Under the pieces are notes generated by a model. It did no database searches. It was not told the origin of the DNA and saw nothing but the letters and a program-made list of their open reading frames with translations. A stretch of DNA of 64,000 nucleotides, taken from assembly GCA_004431415.1 (NCBI GenBank), contig QPMI01000491.1, forward strand, positions 1 through 64,000, read 5' to 3'. The first letter of the stretch is position 1; the number at the start of each line of letters is the position of its first letter. This stretch comes from Cyanophora paradoxa CCMP329. Taxonomy: Eukaryota; Plantae; Glaucophyta. Made by a program: the position numbers and the translations under genes. Positions 12,044 to 23,600 of this stretch are shown piece by piece.

Positions 12044-12134
12044 TGTGACAGGTGTGACAGGTCTATCCCGTGGATTTTAAAAATCAATTTCTCACTAGGA
12101 CTTTCCTTGGGATGGACCTGTCACACCTGTCACA
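12044..12134. repeat. Inverted iteron cassette (copy 2 of 2541-2639)
   Basis: TGTGACAGG x2 ... CCTGTCACA x2, with a spacer closely similar to copy 1 (TCTATCCC...CTTTCCTTGGGATGGAC). Confidence 0.8.
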
Positions 12135-12386
12135 CCCAATTATTTCAAAAATCCTAAGGGTCCCCCCTTAGAATCATTAAAACATGATAAAAACATATAA
12201 GTTTCATGTATAATTACGATTGGATTCAATAAGAGATCGATTTGTTAATATAAACAAATGAATCATTTATGGATCTTAATCGAGTTTAGCGATATGTTTC
12301 CGATTAAATGAATTAAATTTAATTAAATTTAATCGAGAAAGTACATGAATATAATATCGATTAAATCAATTAACTTTTAGACCAAT

Positions 12387-12671
12387 CACACATAGTAAAA
12401 TGCGGAGTTTTAACCAGAGGCAAGATCTAATTGAGATTCAGTTATATTATTCGGAAACATATACAGATTATCGATTCACTCAGTAAGACTAATCGGAAAA
12501 TAAGAGAAATTTACGATAAAATATCGAAAAGAATACAAAATAATCGAAATAAATGAATATTCGATAAGATATACACAGATTAACGATTGATTGAAATAGA
12601 ATATACGAGATATATCAACAAAATCAATTAAGATAAGCCGAGGGTTAAAACTCCGCATTTTACTATGTGTG
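12387..12671. repeat. Perfect 29-bp inverted repeat at the viral terminus
   Basis: CACACATAGTAAAATGCGGAGTTTTAACC (12387-12415) and its exact reverse complement (12643-12671), which ends at the host junction. Confidence 0.9.
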
Positions 12672-13122
12672 CTACCGCAGCGGCCTAACGGTCAACTCGC
12701 CGCAGGTTTTCGCGGCCAAATTCGTTTGCCACTTTCATCCTTTTTCGCCGGCCGACGAGGCGCCCTCGCCATGGCCCCTGCGCGCCGGCTCGCAGGTGGC
12801 ATGGTTCTGGAAGTACGTGGCTGCGCTGCCGGCAGCAGGGCGTGCGCGGCTGCTCGCGTTCGCGACGGCGTGCCCGCGGGTGCCGCCCGGCGGCTTCGCG
12901 CACCTCGTCTCGTCAAATGGAAGTCGGCAGCTCTTCCAGCTTGGGCTGCAGCTGCAGCCGATCGGCGAGCCAGCAGGGGCCGCCGCACCTGCCGGCCGCC
13001 GGCTGCCGAGTTCGCAAACTTGCTTCAACCAGCTCATGCTGCCGCGCTGCGGGACCTACGATGAGCTGCGGGAAGCGCTTGACACAGCCATCGCGGCTGA
13101 TCACGCCTTCGGCTTCGCCTGA
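12672..13122 (+). pseudogene. 3' end of a host HECT E3 ubiquitin-ligase gene, cut by the viral insertion (intron 12706-12795)
   Basis: YRSGLTVNSPQ|VAWFWKYV..RARLLAFATACPRVPPGGF..LPSSQTCFNQLMLP..YDELREALDTAI..FGFA*: HECT C-lobe with catalytic Cys and terminal Phe. Removing the 90-nt GT-AG intron restores SPQVxWFW. Confidence 0.9.
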
Positions 13123-14882
13123 AAGAAATCGATTTCGATTTTATTCAAGGCTATGCATTCGTCGAGGCGACAGGTAGGAATATCAAAAGGGATGTACATG
13201 TACAGGTAGAAGACTCGAGGATCGAGTCGAGGATCGATATCGCGAGCAGGGAGGGTGCACGTGGGGAGGGCCCGATCTAGAGGGACATGGGTGGATCCGG
13301 ACCCTCTCGCTCAAAGGGGACCTCGATCCCGCACCTCGATCTCGGATCCGGAGCCCCGGCTGTTTCATGGTCCGAGCAGAGAAGAATCGCGGATTTCACA
13401 AGCAGGGGGGCAAGCCCCCCCGCACCCCCCCATTTAATAATTCCAGCTGCAGTCTGAGTCTCTGTCTGTGCGTGAAATTAAACATGCATGAATTTGAAAC
13501 GCGATACATACCCGTACTCGCAGTATCTCAGAAAAAATGCCAGATCTAGACTTCGAATTCAGGGCACTGCGCATGCGGTCTTTCTTTGTCTTCAAATTTA
13601 AATAGCCTCGCTACTTCGATTTCATCAGTAATAGGCGGGCGCCTCGAGCCTTAAGCTTCGAAATATTCGCTGCTTCCGCTAGCTATAGCCGAGCGCTGCG
13701 TTGGCTTCGCCTGCTGATGTGCTCCTTCAAGACAAGCGCCTATGCTAGCGCTAGCCACGTACGTGTGTACAGACGCTATCTATGCAGCAGGAGCAGTGCG
13801 TACACGGTTGCTGAGCCTCTCGGAGCGCAACGTTCATGACAGCTGCAGCTGCGCTTCTGCAGCCTGCCAGGCTGCGCATGTCGTATACGTAGTGCGGGCT
13901 GTAGCTGCGTTAACTTAAGCTTTTTAAGCCTGCTTATAAAGCCTACATCAGCAGTATACGTACTAGTCCAGCGCTAGCTGCATGCAGACTGCAGTCACGG
14001 TGTGTTTCCGTTACTTTCCGTTACTAGTATCCGCCATTTTCCGTTACTTTCAAAAAAGTTCCGTTATCCGCGGATAAGCCATGGCCACCACGTAGTTTCC
14101 GTTTGCAAACGATGTCAAACTTGAAAAATCTAGCGTTTTGGGGAACGACGTCATTTTGGGTAACTACGTTCGTCGATCGATATCCACGTACGCCGCGGCC
14201 CGCGGGACGAGTCGACGTCGACGTCGACATTAACTTAGTAAATCTAGCGTTTTGTGGAGATTTGAATTCGCGAGTCGCGAGCTCGAGTCGCGACGTCGAC
14301 TCGCCGTGGTCTGTGGTCCGCGGCCGATTCGAACTTAGTATGCCACCTAGGCCTGCAGGCTGCAGCTGGCATGCAGCTGCAGCAGCTAGTGGCTGCGGCA
14401 GCTGTCGGGGTGAGTCGGGTCTACGCCGATATCGATGTCGACACTCGACGTGTTCGCACATGAGGGTTCATATTGGGTGCGACAAAACGGGGAACTGAAT
14501 CGAGACTGCAAGCTCAGCCGGCCGTGTTAACCCGATTTTTTTCGAAAGTGTCCGCTTGCGTCTTAAGTAATAAGTTATAACTTAGTATTTCTGATTTCAT
14601 TTCAGAGAAGAATCGCGGATTTCAGTAAACGGGTCGACGTCGAATTTCTGATTTTTACAGCTAGATCGATCGCGATCGAGGGCGAGCCGGTCACTCGCGA
14701 TCGAGCTCGAGCTCCGTTGCTTTCAAAAGTTTAGCGGGTGACTCCGCTGTTGGCTAGTCCGGGAAGAGCATTTTTTAAAATTAATATTCCCCCTCACTTT
14801 TCGTACGCTCATGCACGATCACTCCCCTCCCTGCCGAAGTTTCGTCTACCCTCCTCTCACTTGTTCGTAACCCGGCCGCACG

Positions 14883-15840
14883 ATGCAGGCGCGCCCCGCG
14901 CTCTCCCGGCGCTCTTCAGCCACGCTGAATCGACTCCGCAGAACCAGTACACCCGCACCTCGACGACGGAGAGCTACGGCTCGGGCGGCCCGCCGATGTC
15001 GGTGCGCGCGCGCTTTCCGGGACGCGCTTAAGCTTCCCTCGTCGCGCGCTCAGATCGCGCTCAGCAGGGCGGATACGTCCGCGAGGCTCCGATCTACCAG
15101 CGGGCGCCCCACCACAGCAAGCTCGGATCTCTGTGCGCGAAAATTTCCTCGCCATCGATACGACATCGGCGCGCGCCGGCGCGCTATTTCCTCGCTACGA
15201 AAAGCGCTGCCTCAAAGCCTCAGCGTTATAATATAATAAATGCGTTCGATTCACGTCTCTGCGCGCTCGCAATCGATTTTCGCGGCGCCTGCGCAGGGCG
15301 GCGGGAACGCTTGGAGCCGCGGTGGGCACTGTCACGGGAGCCGTCGCGGGCCTCGGCGGAGGTGCGCATGCGCGCGCGCGCCGGAAAATTTCAAGGAGGA
15401 CGGGAGAAGGCATGGCCAGGGTCGATTTCGCGGGCCTGCTCATGTTCAGCGCGTTTTCGCAGGGGCAAAGGCCGGCTCAGACATGTACAAAGAGCACGAG
15501 CGGACCGCGCCGGGACAGGTCTACGGCTCCGGATACCAGACCGGCGCCCCGCGCTCTGAATACTACGCACCCGGCGTCTCCGGCCCGTACCAACAACAGG
15601 GATCCTACCCGCGGGGGCCCCAGCAGGTCTACCCTCCGCAGCAGCGGCAGCAGCAGCAGGGAGGTGCCTCCCAGCCATCGCCCCCGCGCGGCAAGATCAG
15701 ATGCAGATCGAGAGCAGCGCGCCCCCTGATCATGACCGCCCCGCAGGCTACTACGCGAGCTCGCAGTCCACCTCGGAGCAGGCCCGCTACGGCTACGGTC
15801 CGCCGCACCGCTGCCCGGACCGAGAGCTTGCGAATCTTAA
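14883..15840 (+). CDS. Possible spliced host gene for a Gln/Pro/Tyr/Gly-rich low-complexity protein
   Basis: Segments such as MYKEHERTAPGQVYGSGYQ...QQQG and YYASSQSTSEQARYGYG with plausible GT-AG boundaries. Exon structure not resolved. Confidence 0.3.
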
Positions 15841-16509
15841 TATATATAATCGGGCGCTTTTCCGGCCCCTGGCCTCCGCGTCTGCTAATCACGAGAGCGC
15901 GCGCAGGCGCAGGCTCGGGACGCCAGGGCTACTAGAGAGCGCGGGCCGCGCCCGGGCGGAGCTCGAGCTCGAGGAGGGAGCATGCGCAGTCTTTTCGATC
16001 TCGGAGCTCAGTCTAGATATCGATCCGCGCATGCCGCCCCGGCCCAGGCCAGCTGCAGGCGAATCACGGCCGCGGCAGGGCCACGCGTAGCTCTAATCAC
16101 GAGTAAATAAAGTTGCGCGTGCATTCTTCGAATTCTTGAATTTTCAGCAAATTGAACAGCTGCCTGATCTTCAGCTTGCCCAATGCACTGCGGCACGCCT
16201 AATTTGCAAGCAGTATTAGCAAAAGCAATTTGATTCGACCTACTGGGATCATGAAAGAAGAAGCGATCCTTCTTGAATCAAATTTATCACAGATTGAAAA
16301 AAGTCTATTTAGGTATACAACGAAGGGGCGGAGCTATGTATAGAGGGCGCCGCGGCCAGTCGCGGGGCACGAGGGCCCCTGCGGCACGATGCCGCCGAGG
16401 CCCGGGGCCGGCGCCGGGTGCACCCTGTAGACGTGGCCCTCCGGCTCTGGCCCGGGCCCGCGCCTGCACTGCACCAGGGCCCCCGCCCTCCTGCACACGG
16501 CGGCCGACG

Positions 16510-19459
16510 TCAGCTGAGAGCCAGCGCCGCCGCTTCGGGCCGCCTGGCGCACCGGAGGAGGACGGGGGCGGCGCTCCTGGCCACGGGGAAGAAGGTGAGC
16601 GCCGCGCCGGCCACCGTGATCGCCATCGAGAACGAGCGCGCCTGCGCCCGCGCGCTCAGTCGAGGATCGGAGCGGGGAGATCGAACGCAGACTTCGAATT
16701 CGGGCACCAGGTGGGCGCGCTCGAGGAGGGGGTCCTCGGGCATGGCGACGAAGACGGACCAGTCGGCCGCCACGTCGCGGGCCGCCAGCGGCGACGCCGC
16801 CACCAGGTAGGGCGCCCCGCCCCAGCCGGCCACCCGCTCCCGGTACACGGGCGGGCTCGCCCCGGCCCCGCTCACCAGCGGCCACGGCCGCTCGTCCAGC
16901 CAGGCGCGGTACCCCCGCCACGACGACGCCACGTGCGGCGCGCCCTGCGCGCACCCGGCTTCCGGGTCAGTCTGAGAGGCGGCTGCGGCGCTGGCGGGCT
17001 TGGGCGCGGGCGCGCGCCTCGGAGGCGTGCTTGCGGGAGTTGTTGCTCGAGTTGAAGATGTCCGACGCGAGCGGCGAGGCGCCGTGCAGACTGCGCGGCG
17101 CCCGCGATCAGCGTTGGTTAGCACTAACATTAGGACGTGGACCCGCGGCCGCCGGGCGCGGGGAGGCACCTGCGGGCGATCATGTAGCCCCGGGCGTCCA
17201 CCAGCCATATCTCCGGCTGCGCGCGCGCCCCGTCGACTCGACCCAGGCGCGAGCTCGCGCGATCGATTTCGGCCGGCGCCGGCGCCGCACCGCCTTGCGG
17301 GTCGCGTGCCCCTGGAGCTGCGACGAGAGCTCCGGCCACTGCCCCGAGGGCCGGTCAGCTGCAGCGCTAGCCCCGACTGACCTCGACGCGGGGCCGCGGC
17401 CGGGCGCACCAGCGGGGTGGCGATGTACCAGATGGCCCGCACGGAGGCGTCCGGGTTGCGCGTCACGAGGCCGACCGCCGCCGAGAGCGCCACCGGCTCG
17501 AACGACATGTCCACCAGCTGCGGACGGGCGGGCGGGCGGGGCGGGCGCGTCGGCGTTCCAGCCTCGAGAGGAGGCCGGGGCGGGGCGCTCACGGCGACGG
17601 CGACGCGGGTGCCGGTGGGGTCGAGCGACGCCACCTCCGGCCGGCTCGCCACAGGAACCTGCGCGATCGAAACGCTCAGGGGTGGAACGGGGCGGGGCGG
17701 GGCGGAGCGGGGCGGGGCGGGGCGGGGCGGGGCGGGCGGAGCGGGGCGGGGCGGGGCGGGCGGGGCGGGGCGGGGCGGACGGTGCCGGTGAAGACGGGGC
17801 GCTTGAGGACGTCGTAGGCGAGCACACGCGCCGCCTGCGCCTCGTACCGCCCCTGCCCCGGGCCCCGCGAGGGCGAGGGTTACGGAGGGCGAGGTGGAGC
17901 GGTCGCGGCTCGCATAGAGCGGCCTAGAAGGAGCAGGGCGGGGCGGGGGTCGGGGACGGGGGGGCACGAGATCACCTGAGCGTCGAGGACGCGGTGGAGG
18001 GCGACGCGCGGGTTCGGGTCGTCGGGGGGCCACACCCAGCCCACCGACTGCAGCGCGAAGCTCGCGATCCCGATCGCCCGCTGCCGAGGGCGGGAGATCT
18101 CAGCAAAGAGGTGGGGGGGGGGGGGCGGAAGGGGGGGGAAGGGGGTAAGGTAGGGAGGGGGGGGAAGGGGGGGGGCGGGGCCGGGGGCGCACGGAGGGGA
18201 AGGAGAGCTGGATGAGCTGGCAGTAGTGGAGGACGCTGGGGGCCCCCGCGCCCCGCGCCGCGAAGAGGCCCGAGGCCCACGCCTTGAGGAAGTCGAGGTC
18301 GGCCCCGCCCCCCGCGATCGTCCCCTCGTGCAGCTTCGCCTGCCCCGGGCATCAGGGGGGTACGGGGATGGGCTCAGGGGGTACGGAGGGGGGCGGGGCG
18401 GGCCTGGGCGCGGAGGAAGTCGGCCGGGTCCGTCAGAAGCTTCTCCTCCACCAGCCTGCGCACGAAGGTCAGGAGCGATGTTCCGAAGGCCGCGTGCGTG
18501 TACCCCCGCCCCTGCTGCCCCCGACCTCTTAAACGCCCGTACCCCCGGCCGCATCCTCATCTCACCGGCGGACGTCGTTGAGCTTCTCCTGCTGCACGGT
18601 CGCGATGAGGTCGTCCAGGATGTTCCTGCGGGGCCGGGGCCGGTCGGGACCCGGAGGGGCGCCCGGGCCGCCCCGGGCCCCGGGCCCCGGGCCCGGCCCG
18701 CTCGACCGACCGGCCGCGCACCCGTTGAGCCGCGAGTTGATGAGCCAGACGGCTTGGAGCCGAGCAAGCCGATCAGGAACCGCGCGGGGGAGGGGGTACG
18801 CTTAGTGAACGGGGGCGGCGGGGGGTGCGCGTACCGAGGGTGACGGTGACGATGACGAGGGCCTGGGCGAAGGCCTTGAGGAGGGCGTGGCGCTCGGCGA
18901 GCTCGACCCCCCGCGCGATCAGGTGCGAGATCGACTGCAGCGAGAGGGGGCCCCGCTTGAGGCTCCCCTCCGCCTCCACCCCCTCCGATGCCGCCCGGTA
19001 CCCCTCAGGCGCGAGCTTCTCGCCCGGCCCGGCCGCGCCCTGCGGCTCGCCGCCCGCCTCCTCCTCCCGGATGCGGGGGCTGGGGGCCCCGAGCCCGGGC
19101 GGGAGCCCGTGCTTGGAGGAGCGGGGGCGGGTGCTGGCGAGGGAGGCCCGGGGCGCCGGCGTGCTGTCGCTGTCGCCGGGCAGGAGCGAGACGAAGAGGG
19201 CCGCGCTCCCCCGCGCGCCCCGCCCCTCCTCCCCCTCCCCCTCTCCCGCCGTCTCCCCGGCGCCTTCTTCTCCCCAGGAGCGCCGCCGTCCCGCCTTGCG
19301 CTCCAGTTCCGGCTCCGCAGCCGGAACGGAGGGCGCGCCCTCGGAGCTGGAGGCCTCCGGGGGCTGCGCCCCGTCCCGCAGCTGCAGCTCCTCCATCGCG
19401 GAGCCGCCTTCGAACTCGCCGCCCCGATCGAGGGAGGCCGCTGAGCCGAGCGGCGGCAC
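16510..19459 (-). CDS. Multi-exon host membrane protein, TM - extracellular (Cache-like?) domain - TM
   Basis: Coding-like exons between CCCCG-rich introns. N-terminal hydrophobic ALVIVTVTL..LIGLL; YLVAASPL..DWSVFVAMPED before a C-terminal hydrophobic SMAITVAGAALTFFPV. Confidence 0.55.
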
Positions 19460-20394
19460 CGAGGGCCGAGGGAAGCTTTTAAAAGCTCAGGCTCGGCAGC
19501 GACTCGGCTGCAGTACTGGTCTGCAGGCTGCAGGTCAGCGGCTTGACAGGGCTGGCCATGGGGCCGGGCCGGGGGGCGCACGCGTACCGTACGCGTACGT
19601 ATATATGCTGGCACGAGGTTGGCGTGTATCACCCGTGACCGGCGCGGGTGCGGTGTGTTCCAGGCGTGCGCTTTGTGATCAGCAGTTGGCCCGTCACGAC
19701 GTGCGCCGCGCCACGGGTAACCTCAGCTCAGCGGCTCACTCAGGGCGATTTGTTACTCGGGCCGGGCACCCATGGCCAGCACATGTACAGCTGTAGCGTA
19801 ACTGCCGTGCACCGCGCGGCGCGGTAACTGCCAGGCCTAGGCTGCCGCGCGCGGGCCTTGGAGATGAGCTCTGCAGCTGGGAAGGGCGGCTTCTCGTTGC
19901 TGCCGACTCGGCGAGTTGGCAGCGCTCCAGACTCGAGATCTAGATCTGGCACTGACGAAGGCTAGCACGCCGGCTGACGAAGGCCGGCGCCGCTGAGCTG
20001 ATATCGATCAGGAGCCGCTCAGCCGCCGCGCCGCTCGGACCTGCTGAGGTCCCGCTCCCTCTGCATCATCAGGCTGCATGCGCTGCTAGGCTCTGCCAGT
20101 GCTGGAAGGCTGCTGCCATGGGCCCATGACTCCCATCATCGGAGTCCCATGAGCGCCATGCAGCCGCTGCATGCAGCTGCCAGGCTGGCACGGGTACAGG
20201 ACAGAATCTCTGAACACGCAAGCGATTGAAAATGTTTTTAAACTTTGTTTTTAGGCGGGGGCCCAATCGGCCTTGGGGCCGGGCCCGGCGGCCCGGCGGC
20301 GGCCCGGCGGGCCGTTGCCAGTGAAACTTGCCACCGTGGCACCACTGGCACGTTGCAAATTAAAACTTGCAATCATTGAATTGCAATTGGGCCC

Positions 20395-20461
20395 GGGGAC
20401 TCGGGACTCGGGAGTCGCGATCGGGACTCGGGACTCGGGAGTCGGGACTCGGGAGTCGGGA
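20395..20461. repeat. (CGGGACT/CGGGAGT)n heptamer array containing the left candidate TSD (20443-20461)
   Basis: The same 19-mer CGGGACTCGGGAGTCGGGA recurs at 39138-39156, on the other side of the LINE. Confidence 0.6.
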
Positions 20462-20686
20462 TTTTTTTTGCAAAAGTGGACGTCGCATTGATACACCACG
20501 GCACATGTATCAATGTTCTACGTGACGTGCCCTTCCGACCGGTCAACTATCTAGCCGAAGGTGCTAGCTAGGTGCCGGCCATGGGTCGCTCAATATGGGA
20601 GGTTCGCCTGAGTGGGGGAGCCATGGTTTTCGGTGATAGCCGTAACCAGACCCGCGCGCCCACCCCTTGATCAACTCCTCCATCCC

Positions 20687-23600
20687 TCATGAGCCCTGGA
20701 AGTGAAATGTCTCGCAGTCCGCCGCCCTCCCTTGCCGCCGCTCCGCCACGCTTCCTCCTCCCCACTCCGCCTCCTCCCTCCTCCTCACCTGCGCCCCAGG
20801 ACCCCGATTAATCGGTGTCCCGTTTTGTCGAGGTGAAGAAGGTGGTAGGAGGAAGATATGAGGAAGGAGAGGGAGTGGGCGGAGGCAGCAGCTTGGGGCG
20901 GGCAGCGGATGCGGGGCAAGGCAGGGGGAGGTGCCGGGACAGCAGTGTGGAGTGAGCGTGGGCATTGGCAGGCGGCGCAGAGAGCTGGGAGTGCGGAGAC
21001 GAGGCGGGCCGCGAGGGGTCGGGAGGGTCGACCGGGTGAGAGGGGGGGCCGAGGCCAGGGGGGTGGCCGAAGCCATGGGGTTGGCCGAAGCCAGGGGGGT
21101 GGCCGAAGCCGATGGGGTGGCCGAAGCCAAAGGGGGGGCCGAGGCCATTGGGGGGGCCGAAGCCATAGGGGTGGCCGGAGCCAGCGGGGGGTCTGGCACT
21201 TGAGGGCCGGTTGGGGTCGGGGGGGAGACCGTAGGGGGCTGAGGGGCAGCGTCTTGCGAGGTCCCGAGCGGGGGGGTCAGCTGGAGCGAGGGGGGGGAGG
21301 GGGAGTTGGCTGCTTGCAGCGTCGTAAGTGGTTTGTACACTCCGGGTGCAAAGAGGGACGTGATTGTGGGTTGCCCCGTGGGTATCGGCACCGTTCGCGC
21401 TTTTTTGGTCATGCGCCTGGGAGTCTTGCGGCCGGTTGCCTTTCTTTTTGCCGTAGGTACGGGCCGGGCGGGTGTAGAGGCGGGAGGGGAGGGGTCGCGG
21501 GGCGCGGGCATTTTGGTGCCGGGGCGGAGGGGTATCGGCTGTCCGTTTACGTGAGGCAGGCGACGGGCGTGTTCGTTTTGGGGGAGGGGCCAGGGGGGCC
21601 CCGGAGCGGGGCGTTTGGAAGGTTGGGTAGTGTTCGTAGGACCCGCGGGCGAAGCGGGCAGGATGCCAGTGTCGGAGTTCTCGTGTGACTGTCGTGCTGG
21701 GGGTACCGCAGGTGGGAGGCAGGGCAGGAGGTGATCTCAGGGCGGGCGGGGCATTTTCCCCGTCTGGCGTCGGAGTGGGCCTGGAGGGCAGATGCAGAGG
21801 CGAACCGAGTGCCGCAGGTGCAGGAGAAGTCAGACGTCCCGGCGGCGGGTCCTGCATCGGGCAGCTGGGAGGAGGGGGGGGCCTGGGGTGAGGGGGCGAC
21901 GGGGAGTCGTGCAATTGCTTGGCGGAAGTTTTCCAAGAGAATCCATGGTTGGCCTTCCGAGCCCAATTCGCAGCAGAAGTCGGTGATGGAGATGGTATCA
22001 TGGAGGGAGGGGGCGGGGGGAGGGCGGGGGGGAGGGGGGGGACTGGGCGGCTGTATTAGAGGCGAGCGGGAGGGTTTGGAGTCTGCATGTTTGCGGTACC
22101 GACGTTTGGTTCTGTCATTGATGCCGTGTCGGAGCTCCCAGGCGTGGTTGCGGGCGCAGCGGTCTCTCCAGATTGCACGGAGGTGTTGGTCGAGGAGCAG
22201 CGCTAGTCTTTTTGGATTGACGATGAGGTGGTCTTGTTGATACCCAGAGCTGTGCAGAGGGCAGGCAGTCCTGCCGGTGTACCGAGGCGTAGGAGAGCGA
22301 GGGCGGGAAGGGAAGCATGTCGGCCAGGGCCGGGCTGAGTTTTTTCCATAGTGTATCGGCGAGGCCGGGGGGCGGAAGAGAGCCGGATTTGCGGTGGGGG
22401 AGAGAAGGGCGGAATGGAGGGAGAGGCGGGGTCAGGAGAAACGAGGCGGAGGAAGGGGAAGAGTTGAAAGATGGTATCGTCGTGTCCTAGTGGTTTGGGC
22501 GAGTGGCGGAGAACCGGGTACGGAGGAAGGTCACGAGTGCGTCCTGGAAAGCTTGGAGAAGGAGGCGAGCGGCGGGCAAGTAAATATGTGGACGAAGTCT
22601 TCGGGGGGTGGGTTGTGGGGTCGGGCGGTCTGGGGTCTGCGGCCGCCGGTGGGGAAGAGGGCGAGGGGAGCCCGGGGGTGCATGTGGCAGGGGGCGGGGA
22701 GGGGGAGGGTGGGGAAGCAGCATCTTCGGGGATGGGGGCAGGGGTGGGAGGGAGGTGACAGAAGGGGCAGTGGCGGTGCCGTCGGGGAAGAGAGGGCCGT
22801 AGAGGTCGGGGTCGTGGAGAAGGCGGATGGTGAGGGAGGGAAGGCTTCCAAGCATGCATTGGAATCTGACTTTGCGGAGGTGGTCGCCTGTGGGGGTGCG
22901 GCGGTCCGGTGGCTTGTCGGACACTAGGGAGAGGGCTGGAGCGAGGGTAACATGGGGGTTGCTGAGGACGGCCCCCGCGTTGCGAAGCTGGCGCCAGTCG
23001 AGGTATTGGGAGAGGGAGGCTTCGGCTAGGAAGTGAGAGCGGGGGTCCCCCTCGACGCGGTACGCATGGAGTCTGCCTCGGTAGGGCTCGGCCCCGGGGA
23101 CTGGGCCGTGGGATAGTGGGGGCGGGAGGCCAACACGGATGAGGAAGCATTTGAAACTGTGGGGAATGAAAAGAAGGGCGGAGAGGGGGGCGTCGGGGGC
23201 TGTTTTAGCAAGCTTGTCAACGGCGTCATTGTGGCGGTTGTCAGGGGTGTAGGCTGGGTTCGGGATACGATTCTTAGCCGGGGTGCGGGCCGCCTCTTTC
23301 TGTGCGGCTGTTTTGGATGTTTTGGCGGACCGTGGTTGCGGCAGGGTGGCTTCACGGTGAGCGGCTTCAGTTAGGATGGACGCCGCTTCGAGTGGGGTAA
23401 CGTGGGACGGCCGGAAGAGACGGCGCGCTGTGGCGGAGGCTTCGTTGCGAGCCAGGTCGGCGAGCTGAGAGGCGAGTTCTTGGGCGTAGCGGGCGCCGGG
23501 AGGGAGGGGGTGGCGGGCCCTTCGGGGCGGGGCGGGGAGACTCAAGCACAGTTGGGGAGCGCGGGAGGGCTGGATGGTTGGGGAGGATGGTGGGGAGTCG

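Larger units (their letters stand above)
1..12671. mobile_element. Endogenous Polinton/Maverick-like virus (right part; left part and capsid genes presumably outside the window)
   Basis: Intronless AT-rich block with a sharp switch to GC-rich host DNA at 12671/12672. Carries packaging ATPase, SF3 primase-helicase, pPolB and rve integrase, the hallmark Polinton/PLV gene set. Confidence 0.93.
10616..12671. repeat. Long non-coding viral terminal region (probable right TIR) with iteron cassettes
   Basis: No credible ORF in ~2 kb, very AT-rich, many short direct and inverted repeats. The partner TIR is outside the window, so TIR status is unproven. Confidence 0.6.

Noticed and set aside
12387-12671. 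Independent MITE
   Set aside because: No target-site duplication, and the interior matches the AT/TCGA-rich composition of the viral terminus. Kept only as an alternative.
12667-13122. 151-aa ORF as a complete virus-encoded HECT protein
   Set aside because: Its start codon lies in the viral terminal repeat, the body is GC-rich host sequence, and it reads through a 90-nt intron.
20687-22770. Dualen/RandI-type restriction-like endonuclease
   Set aside because: No PD-(D/E)xK motif recognised after the CCHC finger; an IWxxR motif is present instead.
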